From: a virus
Taxonomy: Duplodnaviria; Caudoviricetes
Length of the DNA stretch: 56,645 bases
Direction: 5' to 3' (one strand)
Virus record (IMG/VR): IMGVR_UViG_3300024302_000397
Span: 1 to 56,645 of that record
Shown: positions 18,785 to 28,100 of the stretch, in pieces
Position numbering within the stretch: the first letter of the stretch is position 1
How the letters are laid out: each line of letters begins with the position of its first letter
Translations under genes and position numbers: made by a program
Notes under the pieces: model-generated
The model's database searches: none
Seen by the model: the letters and a program-made list of their open reading frames with translations, nothing else
Told to the model about the DNA's origin: nothing

Positions 18785-19480
18785 ATGTATAAACTAAACG
18801 AAAATGGAATACAAAGATTATCTGATAATGCTTCTATTCCACAGGCTGAAGGCAACAGAGATTACCAACAGTTCCTACAAGACGTTAAAGTCAATGGATT
18901 AACTATCGTAGAAGGTGCTGATGTTATCGAACCTGATTATGTAGCACTAAGAACTGGTGTGGACGGCTATGCCTCTACAGGTGAACAGTTCGGTATGCAA
19001 ACAGACGGTACTTGGGATGCTCACGTAGCAGACGTTAAGACTAGATTCCCTAAGACTATTACAGGTGGCACAACTATTGCTGATGTACCTGCTTGGGTGC
19101 AAGAAGAAGTTGCCAAGGTGTTATTCGCAGAGCAACTACAAGCATACACAACTGCTACTGCTAGATTATCTAAATACATCTTAGCTGATGGTAGACCTGA
19201 ACTTACTGAGATGCAAGACACTACAGAATACGTAGTTGATGCTGAAGGTATGCTTGTGCTAACTGATGGCGAGCCTACATTCATTCAGGAAGAGGTTATT
19301 GTTCAGACTGCTATTGAGCCTTTAGAAGCTACAGTAGAAGTTACAACATACCCTGAAGATATTGATGCAGAGCCTGTAACTACTATTATCGAGAACCCTG
19401 AGATTACTCAGGATAACTTAGAAAGAGCAGAAGCACAGGCTGTAGTTGATGCTACACCTGCCGAAGTTAAAGCAGCATAA
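18785..19480 (+). CDS. Putative tail fibre assembly / chaperone protein
   Basis: R..DNASIP...GNRDYQQFL motif; follows fibre genes; highly acidic. Confidence 0.55.
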   Translation: MYKLNENGIQRLSDNASIPQAEGNRDYQQFLQDVKVNGLTIVEGADVIEPDYVALRTGVDGYASTGEQFGMQTDGTWDAHVADVKTRFPKTITGGTTIADVPAWVQEEVAKVLFAEQLQAYTTATARLSKYILADGRPELTEMQDTTEYVVDAEGMLVLTDGEPTFIQEEVIVQTAIEPLEATVEVTTYPEDIDAEPVTTIIENPEITQDNLERAEAQAVVDATPAEVKAA

Positions 19481-19531
19481 AACAATTAGGGGTGAAATGC
19501 CCCGCACTCATTAAATAAACTTGAAGGAACT

Positions 19532-19789
19532 ATGGAATATTCAGACATAATCTTAACACTGGTAGGAATGGTAACAACAGGGACTATCTTTGTTATCAAG
19601 AATATCATGACTGATATTAAAGAGTTAGAGCATACGATGAATACTTGTCAATCTAACATGCCTAGAGACTATGTACTTAAATCAGACTACAAGACTGAAG
19701 CAAGTGAGATTAAGGCTATGATTATTGAACAGTCTAAGAAGATTGACCAGATATGGAAACACATGAGGATAGGTAATGGCAAGGACTAA
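19532..19789 (+). CDS. Single-TM plus coiled-coil protein (holin-like)
   Basis: N-terminal hydrophobic helix followed by P..YVLKSDY and an amphipathic helix. Confidence 0.5.
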   Translation: MEYSDIILTLVGMVTTGTIFVIKNIMTDIKELEHTMNTCQSNMPRDYVLKSDYKTEASEIKAMIIEQSKKIDQIWKHMRIGNGKD

Positions 19790-19910
19790 TCAAAAAGTAA
19801 GAGACAGCAAGGGGCGCTACATTAAGTTGACAGTGCTTAACAAAGCTAAGAGCTTCTGTGGAGTAGTAGCAGGTAAGCTAGATAAGTGGCTTAAGAGTAT
19901 AGACAAATGA
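19776..19910 (+). CDS. Small basic protein, 44 aa (MARTNQKVRDSKGRYIK...), not in the ORF track
   Basis: Read manually; overlaps both neighbours (ATGA at 19907-19910); RDxKGRY motif. Confidence 0.5.
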   Translation: MARTNQKVRDSKGRYIKLTVLNKAKSFCGVVAGKLDKWLKSIDK

Positions 19911-20338
19911 TGGGACTGCTAACAAGTATAGCACCTATATTGGCAGGTTTTGCAATGAAGCTGTTTGCGCTCAATCAACAGGCTAAGCAAGAGCAACACT
20001 CACAGATGCTAGATGCGTTTGCTGCAAGGTCTCAGAATATGCAAGATGCTAGAGATACTGCGAGTAAAGAGTCACCTATGGCAGCACTGAATCGTAGAGT
20101 TATTATCTTTGTTATCTTAGCATTAGTTGTATTCACTCAGATAGCACCTGTAATATGGAATGTAGAAACAGTCGTACCAACGGTAAGAGAAGGCTTTTCA
20201 CTACTAGGTATTCAAGTCACAGCAGATGAAGTTGAGTATGTAACAGTTAAAGGTATGCTCAAATTGAATGAGGTGTTTGAATGGGCTACACTTATCATTG
20301 AGTTTTACTTTGGCGCTCAGTTGGCAAAAGGTAAATGA
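19907..20338 (+). CDS. Membrane protein, holin-like
   Basis: Hydrophobic segments, RRVIIFVILALVVF and a C-terminal IIEFYFG motif seen in phage holin-like proteins. Confidence 0.6.
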   Translation: MMGLLTSIAPILAGFAMKLFALNQQAKQEQHSQMLDAFAARSQNMQDARDTASKESPMAALNRRVIIFVILALVVFTQIAPVIWNVETVVPTVREGFSLLGIQVTADEVEYVTVKGMLKLNEVFEWATLIIEFYFGAQLAKGK

Positions 20339-20500
20339 TGATTAACTTTGGTACTGAACAAGTACCTGTATGGCGTTATGTTCATCATCTAATGAAATCG
20401 AACAGGTCAAGTAAGCAATGTTCAGAAAAGTAATGAATGTATATACATCAAGGGTTGTAGAGAATATGATGTTAAGTAATAAAAACAAGGAAGGGAAGTA

Positions 20501-20650
20501 ATGAATAATTCTGAAAGAACTAAATGTGAAATATGGACTAGAGTTATGGGCTACCACAGACCCGTAAGTAGCTTTAATATCGGCAAGAAGGCTGAACACG
20601 CTGAGAGAGTATTCTTTAGGGAGACTACCAAGAATGATAGACAAGATTAG
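20501..20650 (+). CDS. Stand-alone NrdD C-terminal glycyl-radical peptide (49 aa), not in the ORF track
   Basis: MNNSERTKCEIWTRVMGYHRPVSSFNIGKKAEHAERVFF matches the class III RNR C-terminal motif RxxGY.RP...N.GK..E...R; purine-rich RBS upstream. Confidence 0.8.
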   Translation: MNNSERTKCEIWTRVMGYHRPVSSFNIGKKAEHAERVFFRETTKNDRQD

Positions 20651-20813
20651 TAAATGTACAATGATATTTTTAGCAGGAATGGTAACCAGTTTAACTGCTG
20701 CTGCATTCTTTAACCAGTTCATGCAAATGCCACAACAAGCAATGATGATGGGTAGTACAATGATGCAAGGACAAGATAAGCCTTGTAACTGTCAGTGCCC
20801 ACAACGTAACTAA
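20634..20813 (+). CDS. Small secreted-type Met/Gln-rich protein with CxCxC tail (59 aa), not in the ORF track
   Basis: MIDKISKCTMIFLAGMVTSLTAAA|FFNQFMQMPQQAMMMG...CNCQCP; signal-peptide-like N-terminus; GGGAG RBS. Confidence 0.55.
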   Translation: MIDKISKCTMIFLAGMVTSLTAAAFFNQFMQMPQQAMMMGSTMMQGQDKPCNCQCPQRN

Positions 20814-20832
20814 CCCCACCGGAGATAATATA

Positions 20833-21240
20833 ATGGCTAACCCTACACTACAACAATACATAGAACAACAGAACAACCCTTGGACTAAAGACAACCCAAC
20901 TAATTCTGACTACTTTCAGATGATTACTCAACAAAACATGAGAGACGGTATGCCTCAAGGTGTAGCAGAATCTAATGCTGTACAAGAAATGCAAGTCTAC
21001 ATGCGAGAAGGTATCGACCCTATGGGCCCTATCAACGGCAGAGAAGCTGGATATAATGAATCTCAAGGTGCTAGTCAGGCTAATCAGATGCAACAAGGCG
21101 CACAAGCTCAAGATATTGCAGATAAACAGTCACAAAAGGACATAATAGAAAGTTTAGACCGGTGGCGTACGCAACAAAACTTAGCTCCTGTAGACATGCA
21201 ATCTCTACGCAACTTAGAAAATCCTACATTTAAACGATAG
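20833..21240 (+). CDS. Hypothetical Gln/Asn-rich protein
   Basis: GGAG RBS; biased composition. Confidence 0.55.
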   Translation: MANPTLQQYIEQQNNPWTKDNPTNSDYFQMITQQNMRDGMPQGVAESNAVQEMQVYMREGIDPMGPINGREAGYNESQGASQANQMQQGAQAQDIADKQSQKDIIESLDRWRTQQNLAPVDMQSLRNLENPTFKR

Positions 21241-21249
21241 GAGTAGCTT

Positions 21250-21534
21250 ATGAAACCTTTAGCAGGAACATTAGTAACACCAGATAACACCCCTATTGCT
21301 AATGCATCTGTTAGGCTTATAGCTACTAATAACACAACAGATGGTGCTTTAAAAGGCACTATGTTTGTATTTAGTACAACGTCAACTGGCACTTATGCAG
21401 TAAACGTATTACCGGGTAGTTACAAAATAGAGTTTAAGAACCCAGGTAAGGCTAAATATATTACATTAGGTCATGTCACGATTGCTGGCACAGACACCAC
21501 TAGTCAACCTCTAGAGGATATTGGGATTAGCTAA
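21250..21534 (+). CDS. Tail-fibre N-terminal-like (transthyretin/Ig-like) domain protein
   Basis: GTL..PDNTPI..ASV...T...GTY...V.PGSY.I; paralogous to the N-terminus of the next ORF. Confidence 0.65.
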   Translation: MKPLAGTLVTPDNTPIANASVRLIATNNTTDGALKGTMFVFSTTSTGTYAVNVLPGSYKIEFKNPGKAKYITLGHVTIAGTDTTSQPLEDIGIS

Positions 21535-24500
21535 TGGCTATAATAGTTCAAGGTACATTAAGATTTCCGGATAACACACCTATTGTAGGAGCTTCGATTA
21601 AATTCGTAGCCAGTAAATTCATACAAAGTGGTGTTCCTATTGGTGCTTCCCTAATAATTACTACTAATAGTAGTGGAGGGTACAACCAAAGTATTCTAGA
21701 GGGTAGTTATCATATATTCATTAAGCAGTCAGGCCAAGAGCTATACACACATTTAATAGATGCGCATTTAGCAGATGGTATTGGTAATGTTGCTATTGGT
21801 GACCCTATTACACTTGAAGAGATTATAGGTACTGGCCCAGGGGATACTCCTGTCTACGAAGGTTGTAGTGTTATACCTGCTCCAACTAACTTTACTGTTT
21901 CTGGAGGCTTTACCACTATAATTTTAAGTTGGTCAATACCTGCCTACATATGTCATGCCGTTACTGAAATATGGGTGAGCACAACAGATGAATTCACTAA
22001 TAAAGCCTTACTAACTACTACAGAAGCTTCTGTCTATAGTCATGCTATCGGACATGATGCTACAGAGTATTACTGGATTAGATTTAGAAATCTAAATGGG
22101 GACTATGGTAATTGGTATAGTGCGACTAGTGTTACTGGGCAGACTTCACAAAACCCCGGTGAGGTATTAGCTGATCTACAACAAGACGTATATAACTCTA
22201 CGTTATTTAATGCTCTACGTACAAATATTAACTCTAGTTTTTATCAAGCATTAGCTCCTACAACTAAACTCAATGGTGATAGCTTAGCAAGTGGTGATAC
22301 CTGGATTGACTCAGATGATAACCAAAGACATGTATGGGATACTTCACAGGTACCTCCTGCATGGTTAGCTGTTACTGATCAAGCTACGGTATCCGCTATT
22401 GCTTCATTAGTAGGTAAACAAGAAACTTCCGATGGTGTAGTTAAAGGTTTTTTCCAGACAACAGAGCCTCTATACGCAGAATCAGCATTCGGTGATATTT
22501 GGATAGACACCTCACAACCAAAGCCACTAACCTTTACAGCTATACACAGATTCCAGGATGCGGATTCAACAAATTCAGGAAGCCTATCTTGGATGACTAC
22601 AGACTCCCAGAATAATGCACTAGGTTTAACCTATATTACAGCGTATAACGCTGATGCAGAAATCACAAACATCTTAACTGGTGAGACAGATTTAGATAAT
22701 GCTGTGATTGGTGGCACTAATTTAGTTAGTTACATCTCTGGTGTTGTGGGTACTGGTACTGACAACATGGTGCGCATTTACTCAGGGTCAGATAGAACAA
22801 CACAAACTGGGATGGATACAGGTGACCTGTATAACGAAACAGATTCAAACGGTATTCTAACTACATACCAATACTCAGGCACAGGTTGGGTAGAAGTACA
22901 AGGTGCCTCTAACATGGCACAGTTGGGTGACCTCACAGATGGTAAACGTTCCATATACACTACAGAGGGTGTACCCGTAGACTCAGATGCACAAGGTGAT
23001 TTAGTCATTTCTATCAATGACTTATGGATACCTCCTTCAGATTTAACTACTACTGACGGGACTTACGCAGAAGGTCAGATTTATAGATGTACAAGTGTGT
23101 CTCCTATAACCTTCGTCAAGGCAACTAAGTATCATGACATAATTGATAATCTCAATGCCTCACTAACTAATGCAATAGATGCTAAATTGCAAACATACGC
23201 TGCAGATACAGCACCATATACTGATGTTGTGAATATCGCAACAGATGCTACTGTGTATGCCACCCATCAAGCACGTGTTAATGATTTATGGTTATGCACA
23301 AGTACTGCAGGTATTTATGTATCAGGTAACTACTACGAGTACACACGCACAGCGAATGGCACTAACACAAGTAACTATGACTATACTTGGGAAGTTAAAG
23401 CAGACATCACAGCTAGTATGTCTTTGTTGGTAGATAACAAACGTACAATTTATGGAGATACCACACCACCAGCAGGCACAACACATTCGTTACTAGATAA
23501 TGACTTATGGATTCCCCCAGTAGATATTGTAGGACCTCCTGAGTACTTTCAAGGCGAGATGTATGTGCATGACTCCACAGCAACCCCAGTTTGGAGAGTA
23601 GCTTCAAGATACTCTGGAGACATTGCATCAGCTAATTCCCAATTTGCTAATTATGTAACTACAAGTGCATATGGCACTGACCAAGTAGCAATACAAAACC
23701 AGTTAGATGGTAATATCACTACATGGTTTAAAGATGAAGCACCTACATTAAGTAACGTACCAGCTTCAGATTGGCAGACGATAGACACAGCTAATAATGA
23801 TGATAATGAGAAGATAAAGCATATAGGTGATTTATACTATGACAAAGTCACTGGGTATGCTTACAGATTTGCACATGAAGACAACACAGTAGATGGCGTA
23901 GATAACCCTATCTATAGTTGGATTATAATTACAGACACAGATGTTACACTAGCTCTATATAACGCAAGTGTGGCGCAAGATACTGCAGATGAAAAACGTA
24001 GGATATTTGTAGCAAAACCTAACACGGTCACCTCAGCCTATGAACCGGGTGATATGTGGGTAATGGATAATGATGCTGACCATGCTACTTTCAGTGCAGG
24101 TGATTTACTCCGTTGTGAAACTGGCCGCGCTAAGAACTTAGCTTCTAATACTGTTGATGCGTATGATGACGATGATTGGATAGCAGCAAGTAGGTATACA
24201 GATGACACTGCCGTAGATGGTGTTGTAGATGGAACTACCTCGTTAATAAACGCTAAGTTGGGTGATATACTCATTACAGAGTATGTTAATACCACTGTAG
24301 ACACAGCTACTGATAATATGGTCAATGTGTACAGTGGTAGTGACAGAAGTACTCAAACAGGTATGTCAGGTGGTGACTTATTCATTGAGACAGACAGTGC
24401 TGATGTAACGACTACTTATAGATACTCAGAAGTAACACCAGCTACAACACCTATAACATACGTCTGGGTAGAGATAGAAGGTACTACTAACGTAGCTAAA

Positions 24501-26540
24501 CTAGCTGACTTAACTGATAGTAAACGCGCTATATTCAGTACTCCTGGGATTCCTACAGATACTGATGCAGGAACTTATGACACGGTCCATATAAATGACC
24601 TGTGGATACCTCCAACAACGTTTACAGATACAACGGTTACCCCAAATATTACCTATGCAGGTGGTGAAATATACAGATGTACTATTGTAACCCCAGCAAT
24701 TGTATTTACTAAAGCCACGAAATACCATGACTTGATTGAAACGTTAAATGAAAACTTAACAGCTACAATCGATGCCAAGATACAGACTTATGCACAAGCT
24801 ACAGTGCCATACGTTAATGTATTGAATGTAGTAACTAATAGTGCCTCATATCTCACACAAGAGAAGCTAGTAGGTGACTTATGGTTATGCTCTACTACAG
24901 CATCCCCGTATACTGCTGGAAAGTATTATGAATACACCAAGACAGCTAATGGAACAACAGCTGCTAACTCAGACTACACATGGACAGTAACTGTGGACAT
25001 AACAGCAGACTTAGCTGTATTAGTTGAGAATAAACGTACTATTTATGGTGGAAGTAGCACCCCTTCAGGAACTACATCACACCCTCTAGAAGTTAATGAC
25101 TTATGGATACCTAGTACAACGGTTGACACCTACCTACAGGGTGAAATGTACACTTGGACTGGTGCTATTTGGGATACAGCATCAAGATACTCTGCAGATA
25201 TCTTAGAGCTAAGCAACCGCACTATTAACGTATTCTACCAACCTGGTAATAAGGATAGTAACGGTGTATATACTACGCCTCCTGGGTCAGCTATATGGGA
25301 CATTACAGGTACACCTGCCACGTGTACTGTGTTAGGAGTAATAGATACAACTATAACTACAGAAGATTTATGTGAAGCGCCTATACAACCTGAAATAAAT
25401 GATATGTGGGCTGTGTTAGATGATGGAGATACTCTATATAAGTACGATGGTACAAGCTGGGTATTATTATCAATAGCCACCTTGGCTAATGTGGATACAC
25501 AGATTGTTGAACAAGTAGGTTACTGTGAACGAACTGTGACCATCACAGGTGCTACAAACAGAACAGGGGAGTATACCACTAAGACTTTGTGTGAGGCAGC
25601 GGCTGTTACAGGTGAAACATTTGCTTGGAGAGACACAGGAGCATTCGCAGCGTTAACAGATGTAATCAGTTCAACAGTAGATAGTAACACTAGTACCATA
25701 CAGATACAAGCCACCTCTATTAACGGTCTAGAGTCAGAGTACTCTGTCAAACTAGATAATAATGGCAATGTAAGTGGTTTTGGGTTATCAAGTGGAGCGC
25801 CAGGTTGTCTAGTTGATGGGGTGTTAGATGCTAGTATTACACAAGCAGCTTGTACAGGCACAGGTAAGGAGTGGGTAACAGACTCCAGTACTTTCCTAGT
25901 AGCAGCAGATACCTTTGCAGTAACAGGTACTGATGAGACCCCTGTCATACCTTTTGTAATTAGAACTGGAGATGTTAACGGTACTTGTTATGTAGATGGT
26001 GTGGTAAACGCAGCAGCAACTCAAGCAGCTTGTGAAGCTATCGCTGGGGGTTCTTGGGCAGCACCAGATACTAGTGTTGTGGGAATACAAGGTAGTCTAG
26101 TATTAGACGGTACGATGAGCGCCACTACAATAAAATCAGGAACTATTACAGGTGACCTCATAGCAGGTACTACTATTACAGGCACTAATATTGATGGTGG
26201 TACTATCACAGGAAATAAAATAAGCGCTACAACTAAAATTGTTGCAGGTACAGGTAATAATGTTGGTGTCCTGTCAGGTGTTCCTGCTTCTTGTTCTGAT
26301 GGCGTTTCAACAACTGAAGCCGCTTGTATTGCAGCGGGTGCTGTTTGGGATGATTATCGCATTTATGCTGGTCATGCTACTCCTGCTTCAGCTCCTTTTA
26401 GAGTTAAGCAAGATGGTACAGTAATTATTGAGAAGAGTACAAGCACTGGAAAGATGGTAATAGAAGGTGATGTGATTAAGGTCTACACTACCGCTGGAGG
26501 AGTGGATACTCTAAGAGTTAAGTTAGGTAACCTAGCATGA
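21534..26540 (+). CDS. Large tail fibre / host-specificity protein (lambda J C-terminal / DUF1983-like region)
   Basis: Tail N-terminal domain, FN3-like segment (PAPTNFTVSGG...YYWIRF), long internal duplication, EYSVKLDNNGNVSGFGL...FLVAADTFAV...PFVI, terminal LRVKLGNL. Confidence 0.8.
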   Translation: MAIIVQGTLRFPDNTPIVGASIKFVASKFIQSGVPIGASLIITTNSSGGYNQSILEGSYHIFIKQSGQELYTHLIDAHLADGIGNVAIGDPITLEEIIGTGPGDTPVYEGCSVIPAPTNFTVSGGFTTIILSWSIPAYICHAVTEIWVSTTDEFTNKALLTTTEASVYSHAIGHDATEYYWIRFRNLNGDYGNWYSATSVTGQTSQNPGEVLADLQQDVYNSTLFNALRTNINSSFYQALAPTTKLNGDSLASGDTWIDSDDNQRHVWDTSQVPPAWLAVTDQATVSAIASLVGKQETSDGVVKGFFQTTEPLYAESAFGDIWIDTSQPKPLTFTAIHRFQDADSTNSGSLSWMTTDSQNNALGLTYITAYNADAEITNILTGETDLDNAVIGGTNLVSYISGVVGTGTDNMVRIYSGSDRTTQTGMDTGDLYNETDSNGILTTYQYSGTGWVEVQGASNMAQLGDLTDGKRSIYTTEGVPVDSDAQGDLVISINDLWIPPSDLTTTDGTYAEGQIYRCTSVSPITFVKATKYHDIIDNLNASLTNAIDAKLQTYAADTAPYTDVVNIATDATVYATHQARVNDLWLCTSTAGIYVSGNYYEYTRTANGTNTSNYDYTWEVKADITASMSLLVDNKRTIYGDTTPPAGTTHSLLDNDLWIPPVDIVGPPEYFQGEMYVHDSTATPVWRVASRYSGDIASANSQFANYVTTSAYGTDQVAIQNQLDGNITTWFKDEAPTLSNVPASDWQTIDTANNDDNEKIKHIGDLYYDKVTGYAYRFAHEDNTVDGVDNPIYSWIIITDTDVTLALYNASVAQDTADEKRRIFVAKPNTVTSAYEPGDMWVMDNDADHATFSAGDLLRCETGRAKNLASNTVDAYDDDDWIAASRYTDDTAVDGVVDGTTSLINAKLGDILITEYVNTTVDTATDNMVNVYSGSDRSTQTGMSGGDLFIETDSADVTTTYRYSEVTPATTPITYVWVEIEGTTNVAKLADLTDSKRAIFSTPGIPTDTDAGTYDTVHINDLWIPPTTFTDTTVTPNITYAGGEIYRCTIVTPAIVFTKATKYHDLIETLNENLTATIDAKIQTYAQATVPYVNVLNVVTNSASYLTQEKLVGDLWLCSTTASPYTAGKYYEYTKTANGTTAANSDYTWTVTVDITADLAVLVENKRTIYGGSSTPSGTTSHPLEVNDLWIPSTTVDTYLQGEMYTWTGAIWDTASRYSADILELSNRTINVFYQPGNKDSNGVYTTPPGSAIWDITGTPATCTVLGVIDTTITTEDLCEAPIQPEINDMWAVLDDGDTLYKYDGTSWVLLSIATLANVDTQIVEQVGYCERTVTITGATNRTGEYTTKTLCEAAAVTGETFAWRDTGAFAALTDVISSTVDSNTSTIQIQATSINGLESEYSVKLDNNGNVSGFGLSSGAPGCLVDGVLDASITQAACTGTGKEWVTDSSTFLVAADTFAVTGTDETPVIPFVIRTGDVNGTCYVDGVVNAAATQAACEAIAGGSWAAPDTSVVGIQGSLVLDGTMSATTIKSGTITGDLIAGTTITGTNIDGGTITGNKISATTKIVAGTGNNVGVLSGVPASCSDGVSTTEAACIAAGAVWDDYRIYAGHATPASAPFRVKQDGTVIIEKSTSTGKMVIEGDVIKVYTTAGGVDTLRVKLGNLA

Positions 26541-27001
26541 GTTATGGTTTAGAAATCTTTAAGAGTGGTGATGACTCCTGTGTAGGCCCGACATCTAATG
26601 TGTGTGTAAAAGACGGTGTGCACTTAACTGCGCACACTAATGCAGTATCTTGTATTAACACTGGTGCAGGTGATTGGGTAGCCCCATTCAACACAGCATC
26701 TTGTGCGTTTGTGGGGGGCACTTGGTCAAGCCCTTTAGTTTACTCGTCTAATGATGTTACATGGAATCAGGTAGATAGTTTTGTAGCTAGCGCTGGGGTC
26801 ACGGTTAGTAAAAACTATTCTTCATTAACTGCTGAAGGGGTAACTGAGTTTATAACAGTACAATTTATGGTACATACCTTGCAACCTGACACTGCAGCAA
26901 AGACACACACAGTAGCAGTGTCGGGTACTAGTGTTACAGCTACTCCCGCAGGAACACAACACACGTATAGTGACACTTATGTGGTGGTGTTAGGAAGATG
27001 A
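26537..27001 (+). CDS. Tail-tip accessory protein with Cys-pair inserts
   Basis: MSYGLEIF start typical of genes following J-like proteins; ATGA coupling. Confidence 0.65.
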   Translation: MSYGLEIFKSGDDSCVGPTSNVCVKDGVHLTAHTNAVSCINTGAGDWVAPFNTASCAFVGGTWSSPLVYSSNDVTWNQVDSFVASAGVTVSKNYSSLTAEGVTEFITVQFMVHTLQPDTAAKTHTVAVSGTSVTATPAGTQHTYSDTYVVVLGR

Positions 27002-27918
27002 GTTACGGTTTCAGTGCAAAAAATAATAATAACCAAGTACTTATAAGCAGTGAGATGCAGAACTACCATTTGCATTCTAAACTCACAACTATAGACAGTG
27101 TACTGGGATATCATGATTCATATGGCGGTATGTGGAATTACCGCTTCATAGTAACCATCGGGTCAGACAATCCTCCTATGGTATTTATAGAGCCTCAGTG
27201 TGAACAGATACAGGCTATGCTCGGTATGGATGTAATACAGGATTTGGGTGGTGGCAACAAAAAGTGGGCGATTGATGTAGCTGTTGCAGGAACAACTTCA
27301 AGTTCTGCTGCGCACCCACACTTACATATTTTTACTAAACCGGGTGCTATCACCAACCCTTCTGGGCAGGACTGGGGTTTGCAGGTATTTAATAGCAATA
27401 ATGATGTGGCGTTTGATAGTAGGAAAGCCCCCTTAGTAATTTTAGGGGGTGGTACAATAACCCCCCCGTCCACTATTATCACAAGTTCACAGAACTTAAA
27501 TCCAAATCCTAACCACTGGGTTGAGAAAAGTTTAAATGGTTTATCTTCTTCAGATATTATGTTCTGCGCACCTTCACTGGCCCAGGCAGAACGTGAATAC
27601 ACAACAACACAACACTCGGATTCTTGTACAGGTTTAGACGTATGTGGCGCATGTCTTGGTTGGGAAGAAGTGTGGGACCGATCAGATACTTGGTGGGCGT
27701 TTTATCGAAACGGCTTTCAAGTTAAAGATAATAAATTTAAATCAGGGTGGTTAACCTTTAATGTCGGACATCTCTTCCATGAATCAGAATCGGATAGTTT
27801 CATAGGTATTAGGTTCGATGGTGGTAGTGGTAGTGGTGGACAACAGGCTATTAACAACGGGCAAATAAATATGAACAACAACGCGTATTTGTTCTCTAAA
27901 CCGAGCCTATACTCATGA
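26998..27918 (+). CDS. Tail-tip accessory / receptor-binding protein
   Basis: MSYGF...N.NNQVLI and internal WGLQVFNSN..VAFDS repeat motifs; coupled to the previous stop. Confidence 0.65.
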   Translation: MSYGFSAKNNNNQVLISSEMQNYHLHSKLTTIDSVLGYHDSYGGMWNYRFIVTIGSDNPPMVFIEPQCEQIQAMLGMDVIQDLGGGNKKWAIDVAVAGTTSSSAAHPHLHIFTKPGAITNPSGQDWGLQVFNSNNDVAFDSRKAPLVILGGGTITPPSTIITSSQNLNPNPNHWVEKSLNGLSSSDIMFCAPSLAQAEREYTTTQHSDSCTGLDVCGACLGWEEVWDRSDTWWAFYRNGFQVKDNKFKSGWLTFNVGHLFHESESDSFIGIRFDGGSGSGGQQAINNGQINMNNNAYLFSKPSLYS

Positions 27919-28100
27919 TTGATTTAATACAGACTACCTTTACAATTAAAGATAATATTGCTACAGTAAGTGTAGTTAATATTGTGCAATTAGACGCTAC
28001 CAATAAATTTAAAACTACTAATACACATTTAGTAGAAATACCTGAAGGGGTGAAGCCAACACGTGAGTACATACTAGGATACCTATATGCCAACAAATAG
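27915..28100 (+). CDS. Hypothetical protein
   Basis: ATGA coupling to the upstream gene; overlaps the next gene. Confidence 0.55.
   Translation: MIDLIQTTFTIKDNIATVSVVNIVQLDATNKFKTTNTHLVEIPEGVKPTREYILGYLYANK

Noticed and set aside
20342-20894. Minus-strand ORFs 20342-20722 and 20691-20894 from the track
   Set aside because: The + strand carries coupled short ORFs with RBSs, including the NrdD-like peptide, consistent with the late-operon direction.
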